A stretch of 64,000 nucleotides of DNA from an uncultured Chloroflexota bacterium (GTDB lineage: Bacteria; Chloroflexota; Dehalococcoidia; CAUJGQ01): contig CALFMN010000244.1 in NCBI GenBank assembly GCA_937879875.1, positions 46,433-110,432 of the forward strand, written 5' to 3'. The translations under genes were made by a program, and so were the position numbers. Numbering within the stretch: position 1 is the first letter of the stretch; each line of letters begins with the position of its first letter. Shown piece after piece: positions 31,156 through 40,728 of the stretch. The notes below the pieces were generated by a model that made no database searches, was not told the DNA's origin, and saw only the letters and a list, made by a program, of their open reading frames with translations.

Positions 31156-32493
31156 CTACTCCTCGACGGCGAGCGCGGGCGCGAATCCCGGACTCGCCGC
31201 GCCGCGCAGGTACGAGACGATGCGCAGCAGGCCATCCTCGGCGCCGTGGGCGCCGCTCTTGGTGACGATCGGCAGTCCGCCGCCAGGGCCGCCGTACAGC
31301 CGCCCGAGCGGCGCGCCCGGGAAGACCTGATCCAGCAACTCGATGCGCTCCACAGCAAGGCGATCGCACAGCGCAGCCGCGACATCGCCGCCGGAGACCA
31401 CGAGCGCCTGCACCAGTGGCTCGCCGTCGTCCGCGATCTTCCTCAGCAGCAGCGCCGCAAGCGCCGTCAGCGCCCGCGCCATCGCTTCGGCCGCCGTGGC
31501 GCCCATCGCCCCGACAACGCCGTTCAAAGGCGGCGGCCGTACGATCGCAAAGCCATCGAGCAGCAGCGCGGCCTCAAGCCGGCGAGCGATCTCGCCGGCC
31601 GCCGCCCCTGGTCCGGCATCGCCCTCCAGCGTTACGACGCACGCGCCCGCGCTTGCGGCGCGATCGATCTGCGCCAGAGCGAGCGCGTGCGGACTGCCGA
31701 TCACGGCAAGCACCCGCAGTCCGCCTGGGAGCAGACGGCGGCTCGCGCCAGCAGCCGAACGAGGCAGCAGGCCGCTCAGCTCGCCCGCCAGGCCGGCTGA
31801 GCCGGAGACCGCGTGCAGCAATCCCGCGTCGAGCACGGCCTGAGCGATGGCCGTGAGGTCGGACTGCATCTCTGCGTCGGCCAGGGCGATGCCAGACGCC
31901 AGCACGGGCAGGCGCTCCGCCAGTTCGCGCCTGCCCGCGCGAACCACGGCGAGGGGCAGAGCTGCAACCGACAGCTTGCATTGAGCGCGCAGCAACGCCG
32001 GAACAGAGGACTCGATCGCCGGCGTGCGGAGGTCGGCGGCGACGGCACTCTGCGCGAGCGGTACGCCGTCTACGAACAGCATGCCGTCTCGTACGATGCG
32101 TCGCGATGGCAAGAAGGCGGGCGTCATCAGGACGGCGGCCGCGCCGGTGGTGGTGCGATAGGCCGCCAGTTCGGCGCCGGGGTTGCCGCGCAGCGCCGAA
32201 TCGACCTTCTGGAAGAGCAGGCGCGGCCGCAAAGCCAGCGCGGCCCGGTGTGCACGGCGTACTCGTTTTGCCGCTTCGGCCGGAGTCAGGTGGCGTGACT
32301 CGGTGGAAATACCGATCGCCAGGTCGCCCGCCGGCAGCTTGCGCCCGGCCATTGCCTGCTCAAAGCGGCGCAGCGAAGGAAAGACCAGCACATGATCGGT
32401 GCCACGCAGGAATTGCACGACGGTGTCTGCCGCGCCGGTCAGGTCGTCGGCGACGACGATGTCGCTCGTCACGGCCTTCAGACCGGCGGCCAC
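31156..32493 (-). CDS. otnK: Four-carbon acid sugar kinase (OtnK-like, DUF1537/DUF1357)
   Basis: The N-terminus VADDLTGAADT is typical of the family. It is about 440 aa. The pdxA2 start codon lies 4 nt downstream of its stop. Confidence 0.75.
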   Translation of the reverse strand: MAAGLKAVTSDIVVADDLTGAADTVVQFLRGTDHVLVFPSLRRFEQAMAGRKLPAGDLAIGISTESRHLTPAEAAKRVRRAHRAALALRPRLLFQKVDSALRGNPGAELAAYRTTTGAAAVLMTPAFLPSRRIVRDGMLFVDGVPLAQSAVAADLRTPAIESSVPALLRAQCKLSVAALPLAVVRAGRRELAERLPVLASGIALADAEMQSDLTAIAQAVLDAGLLHAVSGSAGLAGELSGLLPRSAAGASRRLLPGGLRVLAVIGSPHALALAQIDRAASAGACVVTLEGDAGPGAAAGEIARRLEAALLLDGFAIVRPPPLNGVVGAMGATAAEAMARALTALAALLLRKIADDGEPLVQALVVSGGDVAAALCDRLAVERIELLDQVFPGAPLGRLYGGPGGGLPIVTKSGAHGAEDGLLRIVSYLRGAASPGFAPALAVEE

Positions 32494-33278
32494 GGTACGG
32501 GGCGGCGATAGCCGGAGTCGGGGAAGCGCCGCTCACGCAGCACCCGGTCGAGGCGTTGACGCAGGGCGCCGATCTCCTGTCGGCTCAGCAGTTCGCGCAG
32601 TTGCGCAAGGGCGGCGCCGTCCCGTTCGAGCAGGTCGCGCAGCCGCTCCAATTCATGCAGCAGCGGCGCGGGCGCGGGATCGCCGGCGTAGTCCCAGATC
32701 ACCGTGCGCAGCTTGAGCTCATGATGAAAGGTCAGGCCGTGGTCGATGCCCCAGATGCGGCCATCGACGCCGAGCAGACAGTGGCCGCCCTTACGGTCGC
32801 CGTTGTTGGCCACCACGTCGAACAGCGCCATGCGCTGCAGTTCCGCCTGGCGCGACTCCCGCAGATTGAAGAAGGTGATGCGCGGATTGTGCTCGATGAA
32901 GAGCTGGGCGCTGCCCACGCCGTGCGGACCGTCACGCACGATCGTCGGCGGAACGATCTCCCAGCCAAGGAGCTGACTCAGCACGTAGGCCGCCGCCTCG
33001 CGCTTGTACAGCGAGCCGCCGGGATAGTCCCACAGCGGCGCCTCGCCGCGCTTCGGCTTGTAGACCGCGAGCCCTTTCCCCGCCGCGCCCGCGTCGAGCT
33101 GGAGCACGAAGGCGTAGTTCGAACCGCTGGGAATCAACTCGCAGCCCTCGATCTCGGCGTCGCGTAACACGTCGAGAATGTCTGGCCGGTCCGGGCACCA
33201 GTTCTTGCCCGCCCAGGCGTCTGACTCGCCTGCTGCCATCCCGTTCGTCTCACCGTGGGCTGTGCGGTTGCCCCGCAC
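32478..33278 (-). CDS. SCO1664-family protein (PI3/4-kinase-like fold)
   Basis: GSNYAFVLQLD...LAVYKPKRGEAPLWDYPGGSLYKREAAAYVLSQLLGW...DVVANNGDRKGGHCL... matches the pattern recalled for TIGR03843-type proteins. The start could be M at 33278 or MAAGESD at 33239. Confidence 0.6.
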   Translation of the reverse strand: MRGNRTAHGETNGMAAGESDAWAGKNWCPDRPDILDVLRDAEIEGCELIPSGSNYAFVLQLDAGAAGKGLAVYKPKRGEAPLWDYPGGSLYKREAAAYVLSQLLGWEIVPPTIVRDGPHGVGSAQLFIEHNPRITFFNLRESRQAELQRMALFDVVANNGDRKGGHCLLGVDGRIWGIDHGLTFHHELKLRTVIWDYAGDPAPAPLLHELERLRDLLERDGAALAQLRELLSRQEIGALRQRLDRVLRERRFPDSGYRRPVPWPPV

Positions 33279-33352
33279 CGCCAGTATACTGCGGCCCAGC
33301 GCCTGGCCGGCCGACTTCGTTGGAGCGCGGCGCCAGAGGGAGTGTCGTTGGC

Positions 33353-34255
33353 ATGGCGATCAGCTTCGGCGTGCTCGCGGGCCACGGCGGCGATTGGCTG
33401 GGCGACGCGGAGTTGGCCGAAGCGCTGGGCTTCGACTCCGTCTGGGTAGGAGATCACGTGCTCTGGCACGCATCCGCTCCCGATCCCGCGGTCATGCTCG
33501 GCGCGCTCGCCGCGCGCACCAGCCGCGTGCGCATCGGCAGCGGTGTCATGCTCGCGGCGCTGCGCCCGCCGCTCGTCGTGGCAAAGCAGGCGGCAACGCT
33601 GGATCTGCTTTCCGGCGGGCGCTTCGTGCTCGGCGTGGGCATCGGCGGAGAGAACCCGGCCGAATTCGAGGCCGTCGGCGTAGACGTGCGCGAACGCGGC
33701 GGCCGGCTGGACGAGACGCTGGCGATTTGCCGCGCTCTGTTCTCGCAGCCGGAGGTCAACTTTGACGGCCGGTTTTATCGGCTGCGCGGCGTACGCTTTG
33801 ATCTGCCGCCGGCCACGCCCGGCGGTCCGCCGATCTGGGTGGGCGGCCGCGCGCCCGAAGCATTGCGCCGCGCCGGCCGCCTGGGCGACGGCTGGCTCGC
33901 CTTCGCCGTCACGCCAGAGCGCTTCGCCGACGGCTGGCGCAGCGTGTGCGAGCAGGCCGAGCGGGCCCGGCGCGACCCCTCAGAGCTGACGCCGGCTGTG
34001 CAGCTCTGGTGTAGGTTCGACGAGGACCGCGCCGCGGCTGGCGCGGCGATTGCGCCAGCGATCGAGGCGTTCTACCGCCTGCCGTACGCGCGCTTCGCGC
34101 CCTACTGCATCGCAGGCGACGGGGACGACTGGCGGCGCGGTCTGCAGGCGTTCGCGGATGCGGGCGTGCGCCACGTCAACCTGATTCCGGCCGGAGGCGA
34201 TACGGCGGTGCAACTGGTCCAAATCGCCGAGAACATACTCCCAGCCTTCGCCTGA
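33353..34255 (+). CDS. LLM-class F420-dependent oxidoreductase (luciferase-like monooxygenase family)
   Basis: MAISFGVLAG... and GFDSVWVGDHV... fit the bacterial luciferase-like TIM barrel of the F420-dependent subgroup. Confidence 0.75.
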   Translation: MAISFGVLAGHGGDWLGDAELAEALGFDSVWVGDHVLWHASAPDPAVMLGALAARTSRVRIGSGVMLAALRPPLVVAKQAATLDLLSGGRFVLGVGIGGENPAEFEAVGVDVRERGGRLDETLAICRALFSQPEVNFDGRFYRLRGVRFDLPPATPGGPPIWVGGRAPEALRRAGRLGDGWLAFAVTPERFADGWRSVCEQAERARRDPSELTPAVQLWCRFDEDRAAAGAAIAPAIEAFYRLPYARFAPYCIAGDGDDWRRGLQAFADAGVRHVNLIPAGGDTAVQLVQIAENILPAFA

Positions 34256-34274
34256 GCCGTGCCGCCGGGCGGGG

Positions 34275-34679
34275 CTATTTGAAGGGGATCCAGGTGCGCT
34301 TGCGGCTGCGGAAGGGCGGCTTCGTCTCGCGCGCCTTCTGTACCGCGCCCGCGATCTGTGCGACGCCGCCGGTCGAGTTCGGCGCGCCTGGGAACGAGGC
34401 GGTACGCTCCTGCACCCGCTCGGCAAGTGAGCGGGCGCGATCGAGCGCTGGCACGGCCTTGTCGCGCGTGAGCCGGTGCAGCGCCTTCATCCCCTTGCGG
34501 CCGAAGATGTAGATCGCCAACAGGATGCCGAACAGGATCAGGCCGAGCAGGATATACATCACGCCGGCGATCACCGTCCAGAGATCGGCCCACCAGCCAA
34601 CGCTGCCGGTGCCGCGATCGGCGAGCCGGACGGCGCCCGTCACAACCGGCGCAGCGCTCGCCCAGAGCAGGATGCTCAT
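34275..34679 (-). CDS. Small membrane protein (hypothetical)
   Basis: One or two transmembrane helices (IAGVMYILLGLILFGILLAIYIF). 134 aa. Confidence 0.45.
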   Translation of the reverse strand: MSILLWASAAPVVTGAVRLADRGTGSVGWWADLWTVIAGVMYILLGLILFGILLAIYIFGRKGMKALHRLTRDKAVPALDRARSLAERVQERTASFPGAPNSTGGVAQIAGAVQKARETKPPFRSRKRTWIPFK

Positions 34680-34821
34680 CGTTTCCCTCCGGCGCGGACG
34701 TTCCGCCGCCTACTCCTTCCGGCCGCATAAGCCGATTCTATACAATCACGTGACTCTTCCAATCATGGCTATCCCTCGCCGGGTGTACGATGAAGGAAAT
34801 CCGTGAAGGAGTTCACAGACG

Positions 34822-36372
34822 ATGGTCGCCCGACTGGTAGCGCCAGCGTACGAGATAAACGCGAAAACGATCGTCCGCAATCCGTCGCAGCGCGATTTGC
34901 ATCGCTTCACCGCGGCGATGCCCAATGCGCGCCGCACCGAGTTCGGCAACCTGAACGTGCAGGCCCGCGTCGACGCGCGCTCGAAAGCAAGTACCTACAT
35001 CATCTCGGACCATCCGGAAGCGCACTCGGATCAGACGATAACCAGGGCCGAAGGCCGGCGTATCGCCGAGTATCAGGACGTCTACATCGCCGAACAAGAT
35101 ATGCTGGTGATCGACGGCTGGATCGGCAACGATCCGCAGTTCCGTGTCGCGGCGCGGCTCGTGATCGAGAAGGTCAACGCCAACATCGCCGGCATGCAGC
35201 AATATTTGTACTACACCGATGATCTGCCGTCTGAGCCGCAGCTTACGATTATCTACACGCCGAACTTGAAGGCGCCCGGCTACCCCGACGACCGCCTGAT
35301 CGCCGTCGATCTGGAAGCCGGCGTGACGCGTGTGCTCAACTCCGACTACTTCGGCGAGTCGAAGAAGGGCGGCCTGCGCATGTGGAACAAGATCGTGCAG
35401 GACCGCGGCGGCCTGGCGCTGCACGCCGGCTGCAAGGTCATCCCCGTCGGCGATCAGGAGAAAGTGATGCTGATCGTCGGCCTCTCGGGCACGGGCAAGA
35501 CGACCACGACCTTCACAAAACAGAACGGCTCGAAGCCTGTGCAGGACGACTTTGTTGCCTTGATGCCCGGCGGCCGGGTCTATGCGACGGAGAACGGCTG
35601 CTTCGCCAAGACCTTCGCCCTCGATCCGAAGTTCGAACCGGCGATCTACGGCGCGGTGACCAAAGAAAACGCGTATTTGGAGAACGTCTCGCTGAACGCG
35701 GCCGGCAAGGTCGACTTCTTCGACACCTCGTACACACAAAACGGCCGCGCCGTGTTCCCGATGGCGAGCATCGACGCCTACGACCCGGCGCAACTTGGCA
35801 CCGTCGACTATTTCCTCATCCTCAACCGCAACGACAACATCATCCCCGCCGTGGCGAAGCTGTCGCGGGCACAGGCCGCCGCCTACTTCATGCTGGGCGA
35901 AACGCAGGGCACCAGCGCGGGCGGCAAGGAGGAGATGGGTAAGGCGCTGCGCGTACCCGGAACCAACCCGTTCTTCCCGCTGCTGCACGCGATGCAGGGC
36001 AACCGCTTTTTGGAGCTGCTAGAGTCGCATCCGATCGAGGTCTTTCTGCTCAATACCGGCTGGGTCGGCGGCGGCGACGGCGACCCGCACGCGAAGAAGG
36101 TCAAGATTCCTCACTCCTCCGCCGTCGTCAAGGCGATCGCCGAGGGCACGATCACTTGGCAGCAAGACCCCGACTTCGGCTACCAGATCGCCGCTACGCT
36201 GCCGGGCATCGTCCCTGAGGATGCCGACCTCCTGCAGCCGCGGCTGAAGTACGAGCGCGAGGGGCGGCTGGCCGAATATAACCAGATTGTGGCGAAGCTG
36301 AAGCGCGAGCGCGCCGCGGCGCTCGGCAAGTACGCGGGCCTCGTCGAGGAGATCGTCGCTGCCATCAACTAA
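34822..36372 (+). CDS. pckA: Phosphoenolpyruvate carboxykinase (ATP)
   Basis: The kinase-1a motif GLSGTGKTT and the PEPCK-ATP core (NTGWVGGG) are present. 516 aa. Confidence 0.9.
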   Translation: MVARLVAPAYEINAKTIVRNPSQRDLHRFTAAMPNARRTEFGNLNVQARVDARSKASTYIISDHPEAHSDQTITRAEGRRIAEYQDVYIAEQDMLVIDGWIGNDPQFRVAARLVIEKVNANIAGMQQYLYYTDDLPSEPQLTIIYTPNLKAPGYPDDRLIAVDLEAGVTRVLNSDYFGESKKGGLRMWNKIVQDRGGLALHAGCKVIPVGDQEKVMLIVGLSGTGKTTTTFTKQNGSKPVQDDFVALMPGGRVYATENGCFAKTFALDPKFEPAIYGAVTKENAYLENVSLNAAGKVDFFDTSYTQNGRAVFPMASIDAYDPAQLGTVDYFLILNRNDNIIPAVAKLSRAQAAAYFMLGETQGTSAGGKEEMGKALRVPGTNPFFPLLHAMQGNRFLELLESHPIEVFLLNTGWVGGGDGDPHAKKVKIPHSSAVVKAIAEGTITWQQDPDFGYQIAATLPGIVPEDADLLQPRLKYEREGRLAEYNQIVAKLKRERAAALGKYAGLVEEIVAAIN

Positions 36373-36375
36373 CAG

Positions 36376-36447
36376 ATGGTTTCAAAACCGGCTCGCGGTC
36401 CCGTTCCTATGCATGCAACGGCGGCTGACCGGCGGTTTTGAAACCAT
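36376..36447 (+). other. Long perfect inverted repeat (15-bp arms, ~42-nt loop) immediately after pckA stop
   Basis: ATGGTTTCAAAACCG ... CGGTTTTGAAACCAT. It is either a structured RNA element or a terminator. Confidence 0.5.
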
Positions 36448-36483
36448 GTTTCATGTTTAAGGACCGCCGAGTCCTCCTGGGCG

Positions 36484-36521
36484 GCAACTCCCGCCGGCGC
36501 CGGCGGGAGTTGCTTTGTCTT
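36484..36521 (+). terminator. Rho-independent terminator downstream of pckA
   Basis: GCAACTCCCGCCGGC-GCCGGCGGGAGTTGC is a perfect palindrome followed by TTTGTCTT. Confidence 0.6.
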
Positions 36522-36626
36522 CGGCGATCCATGGTTTCCGCGGAGAGCCAATCTGCCGGCTGCGAGTCCCGCTCCGGTAAACTAGGTGTGGCATGGCACG
36601 ACTCGGCGGGGAGGCGCCCATCCGGG

Positions 36627-37973
36627 ATGCGTTCCGACACGATTGCGGCGATCGCTACGGCGCCCGGCGAGGGCGCGGTCGGCATCCTGCGCCTCAGCGG
36701 ACCCGATGCCAAAGCGGTGGCCGGCCGCATCATGCGCGGCCGCCTGCGCGACCGGCGCGCGCGTTTCGCTCGCTTCCGTGAGCCGGATACCGGCCGGCTG
36801 CTGGACGAAGGGATCGCGCTGCTGATGCGCGCGCCGCGGTCGTACACCGGTGAGGACGTGGTCGAGCTGCACGGCCATGGCGGCGGGCGCGTGCTGCGGC
36901 GGCTGTTCGAAGCGACGTTGGCCGCCGGCGCCCGACCTGCCGAGCCGGGTGAGTTCACGCTGCGCGCCTTCTTGAACGGCCGGCTCGATCTGACGCAGGC
37001 GGAAGCCGTGCTCGCGCTGGTGCAGGCTCGAACCGACGGCGCCGCCGACCTCGCGCTCGCCGGGCTCCAGGGCAAGCTGCGTGAACCGCTCAGAGCAGCA
37101 CGCGCCGCCGCGATGGAACTGCTCGCCTATCTCAGCGCCCGCGCCGACTTCCCCGATGAGGACGTGCCTCTGCGCGACATTGGCCCGGCGCTCGCGTCCT
37201 TGAGCGAACAACTCGACCAGCTGGTTGCGGACGCCGAGTTCGGCATATTGCAGCGCGAGGGTGTGCGCATCGCCATTGTCGGCCGGCCGAACGCGGGCAA
37301 ATCCAGCCTGCTCAACCGGCTGCTGCGGCACGATCGCGCGATCGTCACACCGGTCCCAGGCACGACGCGCGACACGATCGAGGAGACGGCGAACCTGCGC
37401 GGCCTGCCGGTCGTCCTTACGGATACTGCCGGCATCCGCGAGGCCGTCGATGCCGTCGAACGGTTCGGCGTCGAGCGCTCGCGCGCCGCCGCCGCCGCCA
37501 GCGATCTGCTGCTCGTGGTCATCGACGCGAGCGAGCCGCTGACCGCCGACGATCAGACATTGCTGGCGATGTCGGCAGGCGCGCCCTGCGTCGCGGCGCT
37601 GAACAAGTGCGACCTCGGCGCCGTCGTTGCGCCGGATGCGCTGGCAGCGGCGGGCATCTGCGCCATCCGCACATCAGCGCTGACGGGAGCGGGCCTCGAT
37701 CTGCTGGAGGAAATGCTGTTCGAAGCGGCGACTGCACGGCGGCGACCGCCAGCGGCCGGCGCTGCTCTTTCGACCGTGCGCCAGCGCGACGCGGCGTTGC
37801 GGGCTGCGGCGAGCGTGCGCGCCGCCTACGCCGGGTTCGCGTCAAACGCGCCGGAAGACCTGCTGAGCGTGGACCTCTCTGCGGCGGTGCGAGCGTTGGG
37901 CGAGCTTACCGGCGAGGATGCCACGGAGGATCTGCTCGACACGATCTTCTCGCGCTTTTGCATCGGCAAGTAG
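36627..37973 (+). CDS. mnmE: tRNA modification GTPase MnmE
   Basis: The G domain GRPNAGKSSLLN...DTAG is present. The protein ends with the canonical C-terminal CIGK. Start was set at MRSDTIAAIATAPG. Confidence 0.9.
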   Translation: MRSDTIAAIATAPGEGAVGILRLSGPDAKAVAGRIMRGRLRDRRARFARFREPDTGRLLDEGIALLMRAPRSYTGEDVVELHGHGGGRVLRRLFEATLAAGARPAEPGEFTLRAFLNGRLDLTQAEAVLALVQARTDGAADLALAGLQGKLREPLRAARAAAMELLAYLSARADFPDEDVPLRDIGPALASLSEQLDQLVADAEFGILQREGVRIAIVGRPNAGKSSLLNRLLRHDRAIVTPVPGTTRDTIEETANLRGLPVVLTDTAGIREAVDAVERFGVERSRAAAAASDLLLVVIDASEPLTADDQTLLAMSAGAPCVAALNKCDLGAVVAPDALAAAGICAIRTSALTGAGLDLLEEMLFEAATARRRPPAAGAALSTVRQRDAALRAAASVRAAYAGFASNAPEDLLSVDLSAAVRALGELTGEDATEDLLDTIFSRFCIGK

Positions 37974-38003
37974 GGCCACCGTCCGTCCACACGCGGCGCG
38001 CCT

Positions 38004-38095
38004 AACCCTGACTTCCCTGGCGGGAAGTCTGTCCCTGGGAAGGGACAGATATCGCTTCAGCGATGTCAGGGTTAGGTGCCCCGCGCTCGGCAATG
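38004..38095. repeat. Family-A MITE-like repeat, short (internally deleted) copy
   Basis: The termini GCGCCTAACCCTGAC ... GTCAGGGTTAGGTGCCCC are present. Internal hairpins (TCTGTCCCTGGGAAGGGACAGA; ATCGCTTCAGCGAT) correspond to the fused left and right ends of the long copies. Confidence 0.65.
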
Positions 38096-38244
38096 CATGC
38101 GGGAACGCTCACCGGAGCTGCCGCGCGGATCACGCTCGCTTGACCCTCCGGATCGCGTGGGCGATCATGGCCGCATCGGCGCGGTGTCCTGAGCAGCGCC
38201 CGGCGTCGCGCCCAGAGTCGCATCGATCGCGAGGAGCTGAGCCG

Positions 38245-39693
38245 GTGGCACTCCGCAGCCCCCAGCAGTATCGAGACAGCCTCAAGGACGGGCGCATCGT
38301 CTATTTTCGCGGCGCCCGCGTGGACGATGTCACTACCCATCCCGTGATCGGCGTGGCCGTCGACCACGCCGCCATCGACTACGAGATGGCCGAGAACCCG
38401 CAGTATCGCGACCTTGCCGTGGTGAGCGACGGCCCTGGCGCGCCGTACAGCCGCTACTACAAGCTGCCGGAAAGCGTGGACGATCTGCTCAAGCGCAGCG
38501 CCCTGATCGAGCAGGCGACGGCGCTGGGCAACACGCTGGTCGTGCTGATCAAGGAGATCGGCACCGATGCGCTGTTCGGTCTGCATCTCGTTGCAGCGCA
38601 GATGGACGAGAAGCTGAGCACACGCTATCTGCAGCGCGTCAAGGCCTTTTACGAGCACTGCCGCGACAACGACCTGGCGCTCGCCGTGGCGCAAACCGAT
38701 GTCAAAGGCGATCGCTCCAGGGGTCCGGCTGATCAGGAGCACCCCGACTACTACGTCCGCATCGTCGAGCGGCGCGATGACGGCATCGTCGTGCGCGGCG
38801 CCAAGTGCCACACATCGGTTTCCACCAACGCCAATGAGCTGATCGTGCTGCCGACGCGGGCGATGGGCGAGGCCGACGCGGACTACGCCGTCGCCTTCGC
38901 CATTCCGATGAACACGCCGGGCCTGAAGCTGCTCGCCAGCCCCTACGGCGCGTCTGGCCAGGAAGAACGCAGCGAGTTCGAGTTCCCGATCAGCGCCCGG
39001 CACAAGATGATGGAGACGATGACCGTCTTCGACGACGTGTTTGTGCCGTGGGAGCGCGTCTTCCTTGCGGGCGAATGGCAGTATGCGGGTCCGCTGGCGC
39101 TCGGCTTCGTCGAGTTTCACCGCTTCACGGCGATCTCCTACAAGCTGCCGCTGGTGGACGCGCTGGTCGGCTCGGCGCAGCTCATGGCCGACTACAACGG
39201 GATCAGCCGCGCGGCGCACGTGCGCGACAAGCTGATTCAGCTCATCAGCTACGCGGAAACACTGCGCGGCCTCACGCATCACGCCGCGCTGCGCTGCCGC
39301 GTGGGCGAACTCGGCATCGCGGCGCCGGATGCGCTGACGGTGAACATGGCCAAGTATCACTTCGCGCACCATTACCACGAGGCCGTGGCGATGGTACAGG
39401 ACATCACGGGCGGGTTGCTGGTGACGGGTCCGGGTGTGGAGGACGTGGAGAGCGAGGAGATCGGGCCGTACCTGCGCCACTACTACGGCGGTCGCGCGGG
39501 CGTGGACGGCCGCGAGCGCCTGCGGGCGATCAACTTCGTCAAAGACCTGACCTCGTCGGAGTACGGCGGCTATCAAGAGGTGCTCGCCATCCACGCCGAA
39601 GGCTCGCTCGAGGCCGAGAAGCTGATGATCGCCCGCGCCTACAACGCCAGGCGCACGCTGGATTTGGTGCGCTCGATGGCGGGCATCGCCTGA
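38245..39693 (+). CDS. HpaB/AbfD-fold protein (4-hydroxyphenylacetate 3-monooxygenase oxygenase component / 4-hydroxybutyryl-CoA dehydratase family)
   Basis: The N-terminus SPQQYRDSLKDGRIVYFRGARVDDVTTHPVIGVAVDHAAIDYEMAENPQY is typical of this family. Start was set at GTG (VALRSP) with a GAGGAG Shine-Dalgarno. Confidence 0.7.
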   Translation: MALRSPQQYRDSLKDGRIVYFRGARVDDVTTHPVIGVAVDHAAIDYEMAENPQYRDLAVVSDGPGAPYSRYYKLPESVDDLLKRSALIEQATALGNTLVVLIKEIGTDALFGLHLVAAQMDEKLSTRYLQRVKAFYEHCRDNDLALAVAQTDVKGDRSRGPADQEHPDYYVRIVERRDDGIVVRGAKCHTSVSTNANELIVLPTRAMGEADADYAVAFAIPMNTPGLKLLASPYGASGQEERSEFEFPISARHKMMETMTVFDDVFVPWERVFLAGEWQYAGPLALGFVEFHRFTAISYKLPLVDALVGSAQLMADYNGISRAAHVRDKLIQLISYAETLRGLTHHAALRCRVGELGIAAPDALTVNMAKYHFAHHYHEAVAMVQDITGGLLVTGPGVEDVESEEIGPYLRHYYGGRAGVDGRERLRAINFVKDLTSSEYGGYQEVLAIHAEGSLEAEKLMIARAYNARRTLDLVRSMAGIA

Positions 39694-39742
39694 TCCTGCG
39701 GCCGTCCATGCGCGACGCATTCGCAGAAAGGACGCTGCGGCC

Positions 39743-40408
39743 GTGAGCGACGGCGGGTCGCTGCTGCCGATCTTTCCGCTGGGGACGGTGCTCTTTCCGG
39801 GGGGCACGCTGCCGCTTCAGATCTTCGAGGAGCGATACAAGCTGATGGTCAACCGCTGCATCGACGAGCAGCGGGCCTTTGGCGTGGTGTTGATCAAGGC
39901 CGGGGTCGAGGTCGGCGGAGACGCGGTGCCGCACGGCATCGGCACGACGGCACGCATCGCGCGCGTGGAACGCCTGCCGCAAGGGCGGTTCAACCTGCTG
40001 ACCGTTGGCGTGGAGCGCTTCCGCATCGTCGATGCCGACCGTTCGCAGCCCTACCTGCAAGCGACGGTAGAGTACCTCGCCCGGCCGGACGCCACCGAGG
40101 AGGCGACGGCGGCCGCGGCCGGGCGCGTTTCGGCGATGTTCGCGGACCATTACCGCTGGACGTTGCAGCTGGGAGACCAGTGGACGCGGCAGGTCTCCCT
40201 GCCCTCGCGCCCGGAGATGCTCGCGGACTTCATCGCCAACCGGCTGGAGGTCGACGTAGGCGTGAAGCAAGAGTTGCTCGAAGCGGGCACGGTGCGCGAC
40301 TGTCTGGAACGCGAAGAACGCATCCTCGCGCAGACGAACCGGCTGCTGCTCGCGCGCGTGCAGGCGCAACACCGGCAGAAGTACGGCGGCTTCGGAGCGG
40401 CAAATTGA
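39743..40408 (+). CDS. LON N-terminal (substrate-binding, PUA-like) domain protein
   Basis: LLPIFPLGTVLFPGGTLPLQIFEERYKLMVNRC...FGVVLIK is the Lon N-domain signature. It is a stand-alone 221-aa protein with a GTG start. Confidence 0.7.
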   Translation: MSDGGSLLPIFPLGTVLFPGGTLPLQIFEERYKLMVNRCIDEQRAFGVVLIKAGVEVGGDAVPHGIGTTARIARVERLPQGRFNLLTVGVERFRIVDADRSQPYLQATVEYLARPDATEEATAAAAGRVSAMFADHYRWTLQLGDQWTRQVSLPSRPEMLADFIANRLEVDVGVKQELLEAGTVRDCLEREERILAQTNRLLLARVQAQHRQKYGGFGAAN

Positions 40409-40728
40409 ACAGCCAGCGCGACCGCCGCGGCGAGCGCCTGGTGCGCCTCGCCGTGGCCGAGGATCCCGTGAGTGCGGAGGTCTGGCGCGACGCGCTCGAA
40501 CAGGCCGGCATCCGCTCGCTGGTTCGCAACGTCGACACGCTCGCGGCCTGGTCCGGCGGCGCCGCGCTCACGCTCGAACTGCTCGTGCTCGAAGGCGATC
40601 TCGAGGCCGCGCGGGCGATCGTGGACGCTGAGCCCGCTGCGCCGCGCTCCGAGCCGCGCCATCACCGTCCCCGGCTCTGGCGACGACCCTGGCGACGGCG
40701 CGACCACGGCCCGTCCGAGACGCTCTGA
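40405..40728 (+). CDS. DUF2007-like small protein (putative signal-transducing protein)
   Basis: VRLAVAEDPVSAEVWRDALEQAGIRSLVRN... is reminiscent of DUF2007. A TTG start overlaps the upstream stop (TTGA). Confidence 0.4.
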   Translation: MNSQRDRRGERLVRLAVAEDPVSAEVWRDALEQAGIRSLVRNVDTLAAWSGGAALTLELLVLEGDLEAARAIVDAEPAAPRSEPRHHRPRLWRRPWRRRDHGPSETL

